DNA from: Octopus vulgaris
Lineage: Eukaryota
DNA length: 64,000 bases
Direction: 5' to 3'
NCBI GenBank assembly: GCA_951406725.2
Contig: OX597823.1
Location: 71,052,001 to 71,116,000 of the forward strand
Below the pieces are notes generated by a model. The model was not told the DNA's origin and made no database searches. It was given only the letters and a program-made list of their open reading frames with translations. The position numbers and the translations under genes are program-made. Below, piece by piece: positions 15,866 through 29,952 of this stretch (the stretch's first letter is position 1; each line of letters opens with the position of its first letter).

Positions 15866-16039
15866 TGTAACTAGTTGGTGCTCTATAATAGTATGTCGAT
15901 GTAGCAAATTTGTGTAAAGAAGGTTGAAACACATACGATATACACAGAAAGCTACATTTCCAGCTCAAGAAAACTCTTGGGAACAAAGAAAGGAGTTTTT
16001 CCAGAGATTGACGAGAGAGGGTGTTAAATATTAACCACC

Positions 16040-16375
16040 AAATACATAAGGTTCTAAAACTTTCTGGAGAATATCTGTGAAATATGATGCAAACGCTGGG
16101 TAGGCTGATAGAACCGAGTCTTATTACTGTTAATGGTGAGCATAGAAGTATGCAAGCTAAAAGATTACCAAACGGAAAGCTCCAGCCTCCTATCGCATCG
16201 AAGGTTACTGGATTGATTATTCTAATTCAATGCACAATATTTGGGGAGATCATTTTATTGAATGTGTTGACCTTTACTTGCTTAAACCTACTCTGGGCGC
16301 TTCTGATAGGATTATTGCTTGAGAACTCACATCATCACCTACTAAATGACAAACTCCTTTCAGAACAGTAAAATT
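16040..16375 (-). mobile_element. Degraded RLE-LINE 3' fragment
   Basis: Ends with a ...DILQKVL C-terminus-like segment; otherwise eroded. Confidence 0.4.
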
Positions 16376-16897
16376 TGCAGGCAAAGAAAAAAAATACAGC
16401 AAAATCAATAACAAGAAATTATCATATTGCCATAGACTAGAAAATAATGAAAGTCTCTAAATCTCAAAACAAGAACATAAACATAACTCGGATAGGTTTT
16501 TGAAAAGTACTTATGTATTACCCCATTTGCGGGTTCATGAAATTATAGAGACGACTAAAATAGCACATGAATAAATGGAATCAATAAATTCTAGCATGAA
16601 GCGACAGAGCAGTAATATGCTATCGTGTAATAACTTCTCAGCACTGTGAACATAAACGGAAGTATTTTCCTAGACAAGAATTTTTTCTCAATGACTCTTT
16701 ATTTTCGCGTTTTTATCAGTTTTTCATACTGAGAAAGGTGTAGTTGGAAAGTAGGTTGATAACATGTGCTCCTAAATTTTCCTTACTTCGTTTGTAGTTT
16801 ATGTACATTTTGCTGGTGTTCGCATATTTGAAACAACTAAATTCACGATTGGGATTTACTGCCTCAACATATACACAGAGAAAACATTCCTACAAGT

Positions 16898-17390
<493 letters not shown>

Positions 17391-18315
17391 TGTGGCCAGA
17401 AGAGGTAGAATATCTTCATTGCTTTTTCACAGATTATTTGCTTCGCATGTTCTATCGCTAAAGTGAACTCTTTCTCTAAGTTGTACTTCCGTTCAAATTA
17501 AGACTCGTTGAAGTTTTCCGGCGTCAATTTCTTTCTCCAATAATAGGTTTATTTTTGGAGAATCATTTGCAATTTCTTTTATTCATGTCGGAATAATCCG
17601 CTTTTCATCTTCTAAATGTCCCTATATTATGAAATTTTCCATAGCCCTGTCATTTGCATGTTAATTTGATGAAATGCCTAACGTTGTCAATCACATCATC
17701 ATTGCTGATATTGTTTGTATTTCCTTCTTTCAAACCCACTTCAATTCATACCAAACAATTCATGTTTTCATTTAACCTAGCGACCTCTACGTTGTTCCAT
17801 TCACCGTTTCCTCGATACCGATCGTCTCCTCATTGATTCATTTCTGTATACTCTATTTTTGGACTGGTGTCAACCAGTTTCTTCTTTGTTAACCAGTTTC
17901 TTCATAGATGCTTGGTTCATAAACTTATTTTCTGTTATCTCAAAATTATGTTTGTTTTTCCTACAGTGAGCACCATTCCTGCCTAACTCTCAAATAACAT
18001 TTCATTAAATTTGTTAATTCCATGTTACTCCATTTCTGCTGACCACAAGTTCTTCGGTGAGAAATCGTTGATAAATGGCCAGGTACTACCTACTCTAGTA
18101 CAACGCATTTGCATACACCCATACAAATACACTCACATACACAGACATGCACACACAGAGGCACAACACACATGCACAAGCATATGTATACATACACAAG
18201 TACAACACACACGCACACACATGCACACACATGCACAAGCATATGTATACATACACAAGTACAACACACACGCACACACATACACACACACACACGCACA
18301 AAGAGCACACACATA

Positions 18316-18718
18316 TGGAGCAAAACGGGACAGTGGACCGTTTTGCCCCGACACCTTTTAGTACGTTTTGCTGCATTCAGGTTACAACAAAAGATGTCTG
18401 CTCTGCATCCAAATCTAAGAAAAAAATCAAAGCTGCTGTTGCTTAAACATTGACATTTGAAATGTTTCAAAACATGATAGGCCATACGTACCTAAGGTGT
18501 TGGTATTTATTTCATTAACATGATATATTTGAAAGCAATATTCAAGACTTGAATTTCAGTATTTTTCTTCCTGTGTCGTGAAAACTTTTCGGGATGTTAA
18601 AGCGAAGGGGAGTAACTTTGAATTAGAAAGCGTTTATGACGGTTAAGTCCCATTTAGGGGTCTAAAATGGGGCTGGTCCGTTTTACCCCAGTGGTCCAGC
18701 TTGCCTCGGTTTCCCCTA
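18316..18718. mobile_element. Probable non-autonomous DNA transposon (pogo-like termini)
   Basis: Repeated and inverted ggggcaaaacgg.cca motifs at both ends; right end ...cctcggtttcccc TA. Confidence 0.5.
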
Positions 18719-18879
18719 CCTCTTGGCTACTTTTGTACCGAAGTCTACTCTGATACAGAGTATTAGCAGCTGTCGTGGTCCCAGCTAGGGGCTAATTAGC
18801 ATTTAAGGCCTGCTTAGCAATGCATGTAAAGGCTAGATCTGGCGGACTCTACGGAAGAAATCTTCATAATGCGACGGAG

Positions 18880-19760
18880 GGGAAGTTAGATGCAGCAAAG
18901 CACTGTTAAATGCAGAGAGCAAGATGAGGCAAAATGGTCATCCACTGTATCCATCCCACGTCGTCTTCACCTGGTCTTGCCACCGAATTAAAAATGGTCA
19001 TATTACGAAAGAGTGAGGTTCACGGTGCGTAAGTCCTCTGAGAATAGCAAACTGTTTGGATCAAGTCAGATTGTTTTACGGTAAAATTCAATAGATAAAA
19101 GTATTGACACGAAATACAGTGGAAACCTGGAGTTTTGGCCGAGAATTTAGGAGAGCCTAGTTACATAACAGTTAAAATGAAACAAGGTTGTGCAGAGGAA
19201 GAAAAAGCTATCCCTACAAGTAAGGACAATATTCCGAAATTCTGCAAACTGGATATATATACTATCGAACTGGAAAATTTCAAGACCAGGTGGGATCCGA
19301 CGAAACAGCTGAAATTCTTACACGGCCAAACTGAAAATCGTTTAAACGAATGAAAAATGCAAGAAAGTGTTCCGAAATGGATTGTTGAGCGCTGAACAAC
19401 TTTGTTAATGAAAGATCCAGCGAAGGGATATGTTATAGAAAATTTTCTAGTAATAACTTGTTTCGATCTGTTGTGGAAATAAGTATTTATTTGAGAAAGC
19501 ATACAATCATTTCACGCATGAACAAATTATTATTCATTGTAAATGTGATGTTCAGAAATCACTTAAAAGATAAAAGGATAAAGAAGGATGGTACACGACG
19601 TATCTGAACATGACTAGCTGCGATTTTAAAGCATTTTATGACATGACACCCCATTCTTATATTGTAGAGACACTTAGAATGTATAGCGTAACTGAAAAAG
19701 TCATCAACAACCAACTTGATTGAGAACATGAAGTCATTGGGAAGTGCAATCGTTTGTACA
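18880..19760 (+). mobile_element. Degraded RLE-LINE RT fragment
   Basis: ENF.VITC (NYRPITC-like) and DFKAFYDMTPHS (RT motif A-like) remnants. Confidence 0.55.
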
Positions 19761-20433
19761 GTTATCTTCTAGGAAATTTTGTTATGGATTAGCAGTTTCC
19801 TTGAAGAAAAAGCAACAAAAATAGTACTATATATTTATACGGTGCAATAATATAATAATAGCATTTATTATAAAGGAATGCATATGTCTACATCTGCTTT
19901 GGAGACAACTAAAACTATATAAAAATTCTATTTTATTAATGAAATGGAACTGAAATTCGTCAGACGAATTTTGTCAATGCTTGAAATCCGTCTCCGTATG
20001 TAATATGCAATTTATTTCTTGCAAAGAACTTGTTACCTTAAGTCAATTGATAGTCACCTCCATTAACTGTTACTTCCCTCCTTTTATCTTCGTACGCCTT
20101 TGAGGTCTAAAATAAAACGTATATACTAGAAATATCAAATAGAACGAAATAAACTAATAAAGGAAGGTTCATAAGTTGTTTTATCCAGTTTTAGAAGAAA
20201 TGCATGATTTTCAAATTCTCAGTCGAAACCTATCAATCAGATAGAAGCCAGCTTCCAAGAATCTTGCATCCATTCAATTTTAATGTGTTCTGCTTCAGAT
20301 AAAAAAAGAATTAAAAACGCAAAACGCAACTGTTGACTAAATTCCCTCTAGTGAATATAAATATTGAGTGTCTTCTTGTTCGGGAATTATGTAAGGACGT
20401 CTAGAGAAAGCAATAACAAAAATCTTCAATAAC

Positions 20434-20824
20434 TCTCTCTATATAAAGCTGAAGTTGTTTGTGTGCGGCAGGTTTGGTATCATTCAACTAATACTATCTC
20501 CTCCGAGACCCTGCCGCGCAAGTTGACCAAAATTGAAAGTATGATAGAAGAAGGCCTGTTCTTCCTTCCGTAGCAGAAAAAATTCAAATCAAACCATGTT
20601 AAGACTAAAACCTATTTACATCAAAAAGGTGCTTTTTTTCTATGAAAATCCCTATTTTTTTACGATTTTTTGACTGCTGTGTCGACACTTTTTGGTGTAT
20701 TTCAACCAGAAAAATGTTCACTTAAAGGGAATAACAAGCTACATAATGCAAAAGTTTTACTTTTCAAAAATTCCAATTCTAAAGGGTCGAAACAAACCCG
20801 AGCAACGCCGGGTGATATTGCTAG
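20434..20824 (+). mobile_element. Non-autonomous Helitron sharing termini with 29441
   Basis: tctatataaagctgaagttg 5' end; cccgagcaacgccggg.gata.tg CTAG 3' end; different internal sequence. Confidence 0.85.
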
Positions 20825-21021
20825 TTCTCTTATAAACTGCTAGAGAAAAAGAAAATCGTTAGAAGTCCCACAACGATCCAATGATTTGGAAGCTATTATG
20901 ACTATAATTAATTTCAAATTACTTTCCTCTGCATCTATTGTCATATCAGTAAATTGTTTATATTCGAAGAAAAATCGAATATTTCCACAATTACAATGAT
21001 CACTTCTATTTCTATTTTCAG

Positions 21022-21175
21022 TGGGTGTGTAAACTTATGATGACATTTTTCCATTATTTCACGACGTCCAGCTTTTTCTGGATGTTCGTCGAAGGGTTGT
21101 ACTTGTATTTCATGATTGTCCACGCAATGCGCCACAACAAAATCAAGTTTATCTACTGTATCATTATCGGATGGG
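21022..21175 (+). CDS. Internal exon of a class B (secretin-family) GPCR, CRF/DH44-receptor-like; TM3, ICL2 and start of TM4
   Basis: Acceptor tttctattttcag; translates WVCKLMMTFFHYFTTSSFFWMFVEGLYLYFMIVHAMRHNKIKFIYCIIIGW+G, then gtaag donor. C..FFWMFVEGLYL is the class B TM3 signature; 154 bp, phase 0 to 1. Confidence 0.93.
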
Positions 21176-21375
21176 GTAAGTTTAACAACATTTATTACAC
21201 GTATTTCTCTTCCTATTTTCATCCTTTCCCACTCTCCATCTCTCCCCCCCTCTCTCTCGTATATATATATATATATATATACAACACACACAAACAAATA
21301 CATATGTATATGTGTGTGTGTATCATAATCGATTAAAGAAACAGAAAATAGATTTGATATTAGTCTTTATTCCGT

Positions 21376-21478
21376 ACGACGATCGTTTCGACTCATCCGG
21401 TGACTGTTCTTTATGGATGGGATATTATACATCCTACTGCGTTCCATCATTTTTGTAGTCTGGGTCAACTTAGGTACA
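21376..21478 (-). ncRNA. Degenerate hammerhead motif just downstream of the first visible exon
   Basis: gtac [eroded core ctaagtt] gaccca...tgagtc GAAA cgatcg TC gtac; palindrome ACGATCGT; stems I and II discernible. Confidence 0.45.
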
Positions 21479-24400
21479 TGCATAGAAAAAGTGGTGCCCT
21501 GCTAAAAATATTGAGCTCAGGCAGTCATGTTAGTATTTGTCCGCTTTATTAACGAATGGGGCTTTGCTACAATTGTCCTTAAGTTAAATATTCAGAAAAA
21601 ATAATTGTAAATATAAACATATAAAGTGTATACATTTATATCTACACACTTCACTTTCATCTTCAAAAGGTCTTCATGGAAATGAAGTGCAAATTACTCA
21701 ATCTCTCTTCACTTTAAGATCACCTCATGATTATTTACTCATTTTAATGAAGAAAGCGTTTTGTCACCGGAAGTAGATGTGGCGTGTATGGTCAGAATTA
21801 GACGTAATAATTTTGTTACTTCTACCAGAGTTTGATTTATTTCAGGCTCCCGCATTATGTCTGCAACTTTTCGGATGCTAGACACTAGCTTGGCAAATGT
21901 TGCAGCATAAACTCATTTTGAGCTCGAATTTAAATTCATCTAAATACAATATGCTTTTATAAATATCCAAAGATGAAAGCGTTTCTATTGAAAATCTTTT
22001 TTGTACGTGTGAAAAGGCTTCGAATTAAACAATTCAACACATTTGAACTCGAAGATTTAAAATAATTATGTTTTAAATCTTTGCTCAACGTGAATAATAA
22101 CTTCATGAAAAATGTTAAACAAAAAAGCCTTAAAATGTCTTCTGACTCTTGATGCCAACCACGCTTCACTGGTGGTTCAGGGACACCATCCAAAAGCCGG
22201 CAGTAAAATTCCTCAATCTTGTCGTGAGCCCTACGTTTTGAATCCTTTTCATTAAATTATCTGTCCACTGTTATGAATGAGTCAGAGCCGGGTCATGTGA
22301 TCTTAAAACGAACACTATTTGTCGAATAACCGGTTTGAAGGAGATCAGACTACCAGTTAGAATATCATCTCAAGTGTCCTTGAGATTTGGGCCCTTAAGC
22401 AGTTTAGCACCAGAAATAAATGAGAGCTCTCACTGAGCAAATCAGGAACAAAACTTCAACAACATTCGGCCGCCTTGCATTTTCAAAATGACTAATGTCG
22501 AGTAAAGACAGTTAAGTCGATGCCTATATCCTAGTCTCTCCACTAGCGAAGGTTTGATCATTTATGTATGTATTCATGCTCAGCATTCCTTTAACTAAAG
22601 CTGATGTTAAATGGTCAAAAGTTTCGCTTTAATTTGTAATATATGCAGCAAACCTAATCTCACACTTGCAACGACAATATTGGCTAATTGTCTTCTGAAG
22701 TTCTGTCTCACGAATACACCTAATACACCTCGAAATACCAACTGAACGTTTTTGAAGAATAATCTCGGTTTAAATAACACTTGAAAATCCAGAAAATGTG
22801 CAGTTGGCATTTTTATTCACGAAATCTAAATGCAATCTTAAATAATCATTCTTTCACATATAACTTCACACGGTTTCATCTTGTCTTTTAAAATTCTTGA
22901 CACGCCAAAACTTCATAACAAACGTTTTCATCACTCACCTTTTCAATATATCATGATTTTTCTCGACTGATCTATTATGGAACTGAATCGAAGCTGCTTT
23001 CCAGAGATCGATCGCTGTATCAACTCGTTTTCGGCCAAATGTCTTCAGAGCTGTGACGGAATTCAGATGGTTTTGAGATTCTTTCGTTTAGCCAAAGGTG
23101 TAATCAAATTGTACAAATTGCAATAGTCCAAATTGTACAAACTGCAGTTGTCCATATGTTCTTATGCCGAAACAAATAACAGACATAGGATACAGAAAAA
23201 CTTTTTAAAGAATGGGACATCCCGTCATAGCGGTGACATTCCTTGCTACCCACTTTATTTCACGCTTTGGCTTCTCTTTTCCGAGAATGATAATATACAA
23301 AGACAGAATGGACTAAACAGAACACGAGGATACACATAGAATGGAAGAGTGCCTGAACAGGTCACAGATATGTGACGAAAACTTTCCAGACATTGGATAT
23401 AAACATAAAATGAGAACAATAATAAACGAGTGAAGAAAGTATATATAGCGCGCGTGTATATTTGGCAAGAAAAAAATGGAAAATATAACAATATCTGTTT
23501 CAACACACGATTTCACATCAAGAATCTTGCTAAACAAATTTATCAACGATAATAGGTTCCTTATCTTCAAAGCTTCTTGCTGCAAAAGGCCGGGAAAGTA
23601 GGGAGGAAACTGAACGAGTCGACTCTTTTCTTATTCTGGGGATGAATGAAAGCGTGAAAAATGTTACTGGGTTAATATTTTCAAATGAATATTCAACAAA
23701 AAATTAGGTGCCACTTTATCTTTTTACGTTACCTTCGTAACTTTTTAAATAAGTTTAAATATTTAAATAAAATTTTAAAGCACTGGTATGAATAAACGGG
23801 TAAAAATCTTTACATTTTAATCACAAAGTTAGTCAGTTGCTGCTTTTCACTCCAAGTGTGAAGTAGTCTAGAAGAAAATTCTGTGTAGTGGTGATATACC
23901 TGAATCAGATCTTAAAAGGGGATCAAAAATACTCTCCATGGATTAAATCTTTTAAAATGCAGTATATACTCTTCATTACCAAATAATCGCACGAAATAAA
24001 CCAGAATCAGCAATAAAACAAACAAACAAATTGACCAAACACTCACTTATCTAAACCTGTTCATTATCGGGAAAGTCCTTTAAATAAATGTCTTTGATCT
24101 CTGCTGCTCAGGACAGTAAAAGCACCAGCACTTTAGAAACATATTATGAGCTCCTATTCTTTTATTTTTCCCCTCTTTCTCAAGCCACCTCCTGGAATAT
24201 ACTTCGAAAAAACTAACATAACTGCTTTTTTTTTTCGACAATGAGTGAAAGGTAAGTAGAGAAAATTCTATTTTTCTCTACTTTTTCTGTTTGATCCTTT
24301 TCTCGATTAGCAAAGAGGAGCTTTCTCTAATTACACTTCTTGAATAGTATCGATTGTTTGCCATTAATACTAAGCAATGTGAACGAATGGGAAATACTAA

Positions 24401-24931
24401 AAACATATCAATAATTAATTTCATATTACTCAAAACCTATCTTTGACAAAAAAAAAAAAAGGAATGCTTGCAAAAAATGAATGCTTGCAGCTCATGTGTT
24501 GCATATCTATTTCACTCCATCTCTCTCGCTCTTACACACACACGCACACACATACATTCGCACAGTCACAAACACACATACACATATGTATATATGTATG
24601 AGGGTATACATACATATGTACAAATGTGTGTGTGTGTGTGTATCTTCTACATTTTATTTGTTTCAGTCATTAGACTGTGGCCATGTATGTATATGTATAT
24701 ATATATGTATTTATATGTATTTGTAGTGTGTGTGTGTGTGTGTGTGTATCCATTTATTTTTAACGTGCTCTTTGGCATTAGAACGCGAAAACTGTTTGCT
24801 CTGGGGATTTATTTAGAAATTAAACTTCGCTATAGATTTTCGCTTTCTAGTATACAGGATTGTTTCGAAAAAAGAACTACCATATTCTTATATTGCCCTA
24901 CATTGGTTTGCGTTTATATACCAAATGTATA

Positions 24932-24972
<41 letters not shown>

Positions 24973-25593
24973 ACCTACATGCATGCATACATATAAACAC
25001 ATATACATATAAATACGTGTGTGTGTGTGTGTATATATGTTTAACCCCCCCCACATATATATATATATACCTACATGCATGCATACATGCAAACACGCAT
25101 ACATATAGATACGTGTGTGTATGTGCGTGTGTATGTATATATACATATTTATATCGATATATGTCTATACATATATATACATGCATAATGTGTTTATATG
25201 TACGTATATATGCGTGTATAAATATAGGCATATGTCTACATATGTGTGCGTATACGTGTGTAAGTATTTCTGTATAGAAATATCGATGTATTTTTAATGC
25301 ATGTGTGTGCGTATATGTGTGTGTGTGCGCATTCATATTTAACATACTCTTGCGCATTGGAGCACAAAAGTATTTTGCTGCGGCGTGTTTTTAGGAATAA
25401 ATTTCTCTCTAGAGACTTTCCTCTTCCAGTATAAAGGAACCTCTTTAAAAAAATTACATATGCCAACTTTCGTTACTTCATGCTTTTATATCACATATAC
25501 ATATATATTTATACATAGATGTATATATAAAAGATATATAAATGTTTATGCATATATATATATAGATATGTGTGAATATATTTTATATACGTG

Positions 25594-25666
<73 letters not shown>

Positions 25667-25901
25667 GTATGTATGTATGTATATATATATATAATGAAAA
25701 TACCCCGCAGCAAAATGTTTTTGAGCTCCAATGAGCAAGAGTATGTTAAAAATGAATGTATACACGCACATATGCAGACTCACAAACACACACACACACA
25801 CACACTCACACACACTCATACAAACACATACACACACGCCATGATACATCGCTAGCCACTCAACCTTTTTTCTGTTTTCTCTCCCTGTTTATTTCTGTGT
25901 T

Positions 25902-25940
25902 CCTTTCTGTTGAAGGGCGTAGGGCCGAAACGTAAAAGAC
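25902..25940 (+). ncRNA. Degenerate hammerhead motif in a small repeat
   Basis: cttt CTGTTGA agggcgtagggcc GAAA cg TA aaag; stem I cttt/aaag; non-canonical core. Confidence 0.45.
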
Positions 25941-25978
25941 TTTCTCACTTCCCGAGCGTTTAACCAATGCATTTGTTT

Positions 25979-26210
25979 ACAGTTCTATATTCAAGAGATG
26001 AGGAATTATGTACATTATTTACATTATTTACAATTGACGGATATTTGTCCTCACCTTGTTTGTTGTTAACACAACGTTTCGGCTGATATACCCTCCAGCC
26101 TTCATCAGGTGCCTCGGGAAATTTCGAACCTGGGTTCTCATTCCTAAGGTATTTTTCGATGTTGTTGTTGTTGTTGTTATTGTTGTTATTATTATCATTA
26201 TTATTATTAA

Positions 26211-26276
<66 letters not shown>

Positions 26277-26440
26277 TATTATTATTCCAGGTCACTGCCT
26301 GGAATCGAACTCGGAATCTTGGGGTTAGTAGCCCGCGCTCTTAACCACTGGTTAACCAGTGGTTAAAAGTGAGGGCTATTAACAACAAACAAGATGAGGA
26401 CAAATATCTGTCAATTGTAAATAATGTAAATAATGTAAAA
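25979..26440 (-). mobile_element. tRNA-headed, (AAT)n-containing, HHR-tailed SINE-like element with inverted partial duplicate
   Basis: tRNA-like head about 26289-26349 (AGTGGTTAAG A box, GAGTTCGATTCC B box), (AAT)n, HHR, tail; TSD catttgttt at 25970-25978 and 26441-26449. Confidence 0.8.
26068..26113 (-). ncRNA. Minimal hammerhead ribozyme with intact core, in a tRNA-headed element
   Basis: Minus strand ggcac CTGATGA a ggctg(gagggtatat)cagcc GAAA cg TT gtgtt: stem I ggcac/gtgtt, stem II ggctg/cagcc, palindromic ACGT in place of stem III. Confidence 0.72.
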
Positions 26441-26873
26441 CATTTGTTTGTCGTTTACACACCTATCTTCGTCTTTTGATTTTTTGTAACTTTTCACTAT
26501 ACATACATACATACATACATACATACATACATGCATGCATACATGCATTCTTACTAATGTTTAGTAAACGAACCGTCACGTAAACAAATACAAAACATTA
26601 GAGTTCGCCGGTTAAATATACCAAAACACGGAGTAAAAGCAACCGTTCTGATCATTTTGGCCGCCATGGGTTTTGCAGTAAATCACCAAATCATCCATAA
26701 CTTTTGTATTTTCCTCTCAAATTACATCAAAATCTCAGGCAATAACAAATAATATCGTCTTTATTGTCTGTGAAAATTATAGAATATAATTCTGACAAAA
26801 ACTTATACTTACTTTTGTGACGAAAACAATGCCGTTCTGAATATAAAATTATGCATGTATGTATTTATGCATG

Positions 26874-26938
<65 letters not shown>

Positions 26939-27864
26939 GTATGTGAGTGTATACATACATACTTACATATGAAATTCACTGTTCTGTTACTAATTAAAAA
27001 TAACACTGTTAATAAAATATTCAATAACTGCAATAGGATTACGAATGTCTCTTCTGTTGTTAAGTGCACTTTGATTCCCATGAAGTGCACGGTACTCTGT
27101 GTTGTACTTCTGAGAGGATCTAATATTCTTGTGTGTAACAGATGATTCACCCATAGAGTTAATATCCAATTAAATAATACATAAGACATCGGTGATTGTC
27201 ACATGGCTGTTAATGATTTCCCTGTGGATATCAACCCATCATAAATCAAACAGAACATTCTCAACACTGTTCATACAATGATGAAGCACTTTACAACACA
27301 AAACACCAGTTTTCGTCAGCTCTGTCAAATTAATGCTAAACGCGAATGTGTAAAATGAGACAAATATATCACTTTGGGAAAGCGAATTCTTGAAAACAAC
27401 TATGCATTCTAACAATAAGTAACATTCTGTTATGGATTCGGACTTTTCTCCGATTCTTTCTTGTAAAATTGAGACAGAAGACAAGTTTGGGAAACAGAAA
27501 AATTGGTTAACGTTTTTGTATAGCTGCTATGAAATGTGCTGAATGAGTAATCACGAAAGAAGTCGGGGATACTTTCAATGCAAAGTAGACATATGCACTA
27601 AGTAGTAGTTTTTGCAGAGACAGAGGAAAGAAACAGTATAGGAATTTAATTATGCAATATTTTCTTCATGAAATATGCAACAATTTCGCTTTTAGGTTGT
27701 TTAGACTGTCATTCGTGCAGTGCAGAATATTATTGATGTCTTTGTAGAATTTGTGTGTGTGTGTAAAGGTAGGTTTCATGGCGACTACTTCGGTGTGCTA
27801 AAATCTTTCTTTCATTGAGAAAGAGGACTGCTGTAATTTTCTCGTGTTGAAACTACATCTCTCC

Positions 27865-27904
<40 letters not shown>

Positions 27905-27909
27905 ATATA

Positions 27910-28121
27910 GGTTTCAAATTATGACGCAATGCCAGAAAGTTCCGAGTAGGGGTAAGTCAATCACCTCGACCTCGGTACCAAAATAGTACTTATTTTATCG
28001 ACCCCGAAAGAATGAAAGGTAAAGTCGACCTCGGCAGAATTTAAACTCAGAACGAAAAGACGGACAAATTACCACTAAACACTTTACTCGGTGTGCTAAC
28101 GATCCTGCCAGTTCAACGCCA
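27910..28121 (-). mobile_element. SINE family 2, monomer
   Basis: atcgaccccgaaagaatgaaaggtaaagtcgacctcggc. Confidence 0.8.
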
Positions 28122-28159
28122 TATATTTCACCATATATATATATATATATATATATATA

Positions 28160-28500
28160 AGGACAAGATCGCTAATTTAAATTAAATAACGATCTTTTCA
28201 AGTGGCCAGCATGGAAATAAAAACCTTCAAAGCTAATAATTATTATGAAAATTATAATTTAGGGTATCTAAGAGATACAGCCATACTGAAAATAGTAGCC
28301 AAGATCTGACTCTAAAACCACATTAAATCCTCATACAGCATAAGGAGAGAAGACAAAAAGACAAAATAAAACTACTAAAAAATTACTGGATAATTTCAGA
28401 TCCCGGATTTGCATTTGTATTTAGAGATGCTTTGCCTCATCAGTGGAATACACGCAGAGAGTAACATAAATGCGCATATATGTACATACAACATACGAAT
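28160..28500 (-). mobile_element. Small non-autonomous (TA)n-flanked element with HHR-like core
   Basis: Homologous to 40535-40760, 42040-42255 and 63845-64000 (gtggccagcat; agggtatct.agagatac; ctgaaa.tag.agcc motifs). Confidence 0.6.
28385..28448 (-). ncRNA. Hammerhead-like core in a small (TA)n-adjacent element
   Basis: CTGATGA...GAAA tta TC cag; both core boxes present but stems poorly supported; homologous to 40672-40745. Confidence 0.4.
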
Positions 28501-29440
28501 ATATATATATATATATATATATACAATTTTATATACACAGATATCTACACATAAAATGGCAACCATCAGCAAACAGCTAATTTCTTGTTAGCAAGAAATC
28601 ATCTTCCTAAAAATAAAACAAATAAAACATTGTTTGTTTACAATAGCTAACTTATAATTTGATACCAAACTTAACGTTGACTTTTATGCGCTTAGACAAT
28701 GTCGGAAGGCCAAGGCCTGACCTATGTTCTGTGGTTATAGATTTTTAAAGCAAACTAGAACAGTTATTTCTTTTTGTAACTTAATAAAAAATATTAAATG
28801 TAAAAGCAAAAATTTCGGCTTGTGTACTTACAACACTCTCTTTAATTTGGACACTTTTATAGTCTCTAAAAATAAAATAATTGAGTTGATATAAATACAT
28901 TTTAACTCACATCTTAAAAGACAAAGCATTGTTTCAAATTCATTTTATGTTTCGCTTACCCAAGAGATGTTGTGATAGAGTTTGAACGGTGTAGAGGCCC
29001 CTAAGCCCTTAAGTAAATGGTCAGATAGGTTCAACGGAATTCTGACGTAAAAGTGGTGTTACTGAAATGCAAATTGAGTCTACTACTCTAGTTATGAATA
29101 TAAAAGAGAGGAAAGTACTAGTTATTCAAAACTTCGACATAGTTTCAATGAATCGGAGAAATTTTTTGAAAACACTCCGAGAGAAGACCACAGGTTCATT
29201 TGGGGATGAAAGACGAGATTCTTTGCCAGCATATTATGGACAAGTCAGCCAAATATTAATGTAACCATGTTACATCTACCAGTCTATGTTCGCACCGCAT
29301 CATTCCTAAGAGGAAAAGCATCAGTATGGCATCGCGTTTATCACTAAACACCTTCTCAAAATTTACCTTTCGTAAAATATCGAGCCAAGCAACAAATCCG
29401 ACCTCAGTATAGTAATGCATGCAGGGAAACTCACTTTGTA

Positions 29441-29952
29441 TCTATATATATAAAACTGTAGTTGTGTGAGTGTCTGTCCCCTTCGATTTAGATTCCTAAC
29501 TACTCCCACATTTTGCGGTGCAGTTTAACCAAATTCGGGTATCTTATAGTCGTGATTCATATCGAGCCCGTCTGAGTATTAGCGCGCGTCTACGATGAGT
29601 CTACGATTTTAAAAATAATTTAACATCATTTTTTATTTCATTTTAATGCATAATTTTTCGTGTGTCGATGGCGGCGGAGTTGGCGTCCATGGTCACACCT
29701 GCACCTGTTTGCTTCTCCCCCTTCTTCCCTCCCTCGTGAAGCTGTGGGGAAGGGAGTGTAAGGAAATTAACGTCGTAAAACGTTGTCAAGGAGACCAGCG
29801 TTCTTTTAGAACAACGACTTCATGGCTTGAAGACACCAAAACAGAAATGGCTAAGAAAGCCCAAATTGGCATCTATAAGGGAAGTAACTCTCTAAAAATG
29901 CTTATATAGTTATTTCCCTTACAAACCGAGCAACGCCGGGCGATACTGCTAG
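29441..29952 (+). mobile_element. Non-autonomous Helitron
   Basis: 5' TC(TATATA), 3' hairpin ccgagcaacgccggg then CTAG, inserted between A and T with no TSD. Confidence 0.88.

Noticed and set aside
20229-20300. CIHSILMCS, resembling the TM2 IHxNL motif
   Set aside because: No RN motif, no hydrophobic helix follows and there is no donor site.
20941-21336. ORFs 20941-21303(-), 21116-21328(+) and the tail of 21025-21336(+)
   Set aside because: Only 21022-21175 is coding; the rest is antisense, off-frame or intron read-through past the gtaag donor.
21846-21910. Candidate next GPCR exon after ttcag
   Set aside because: The phase-compatible frame gives no TM4 sequence and hits a stop; 39705-39765 fits much better.
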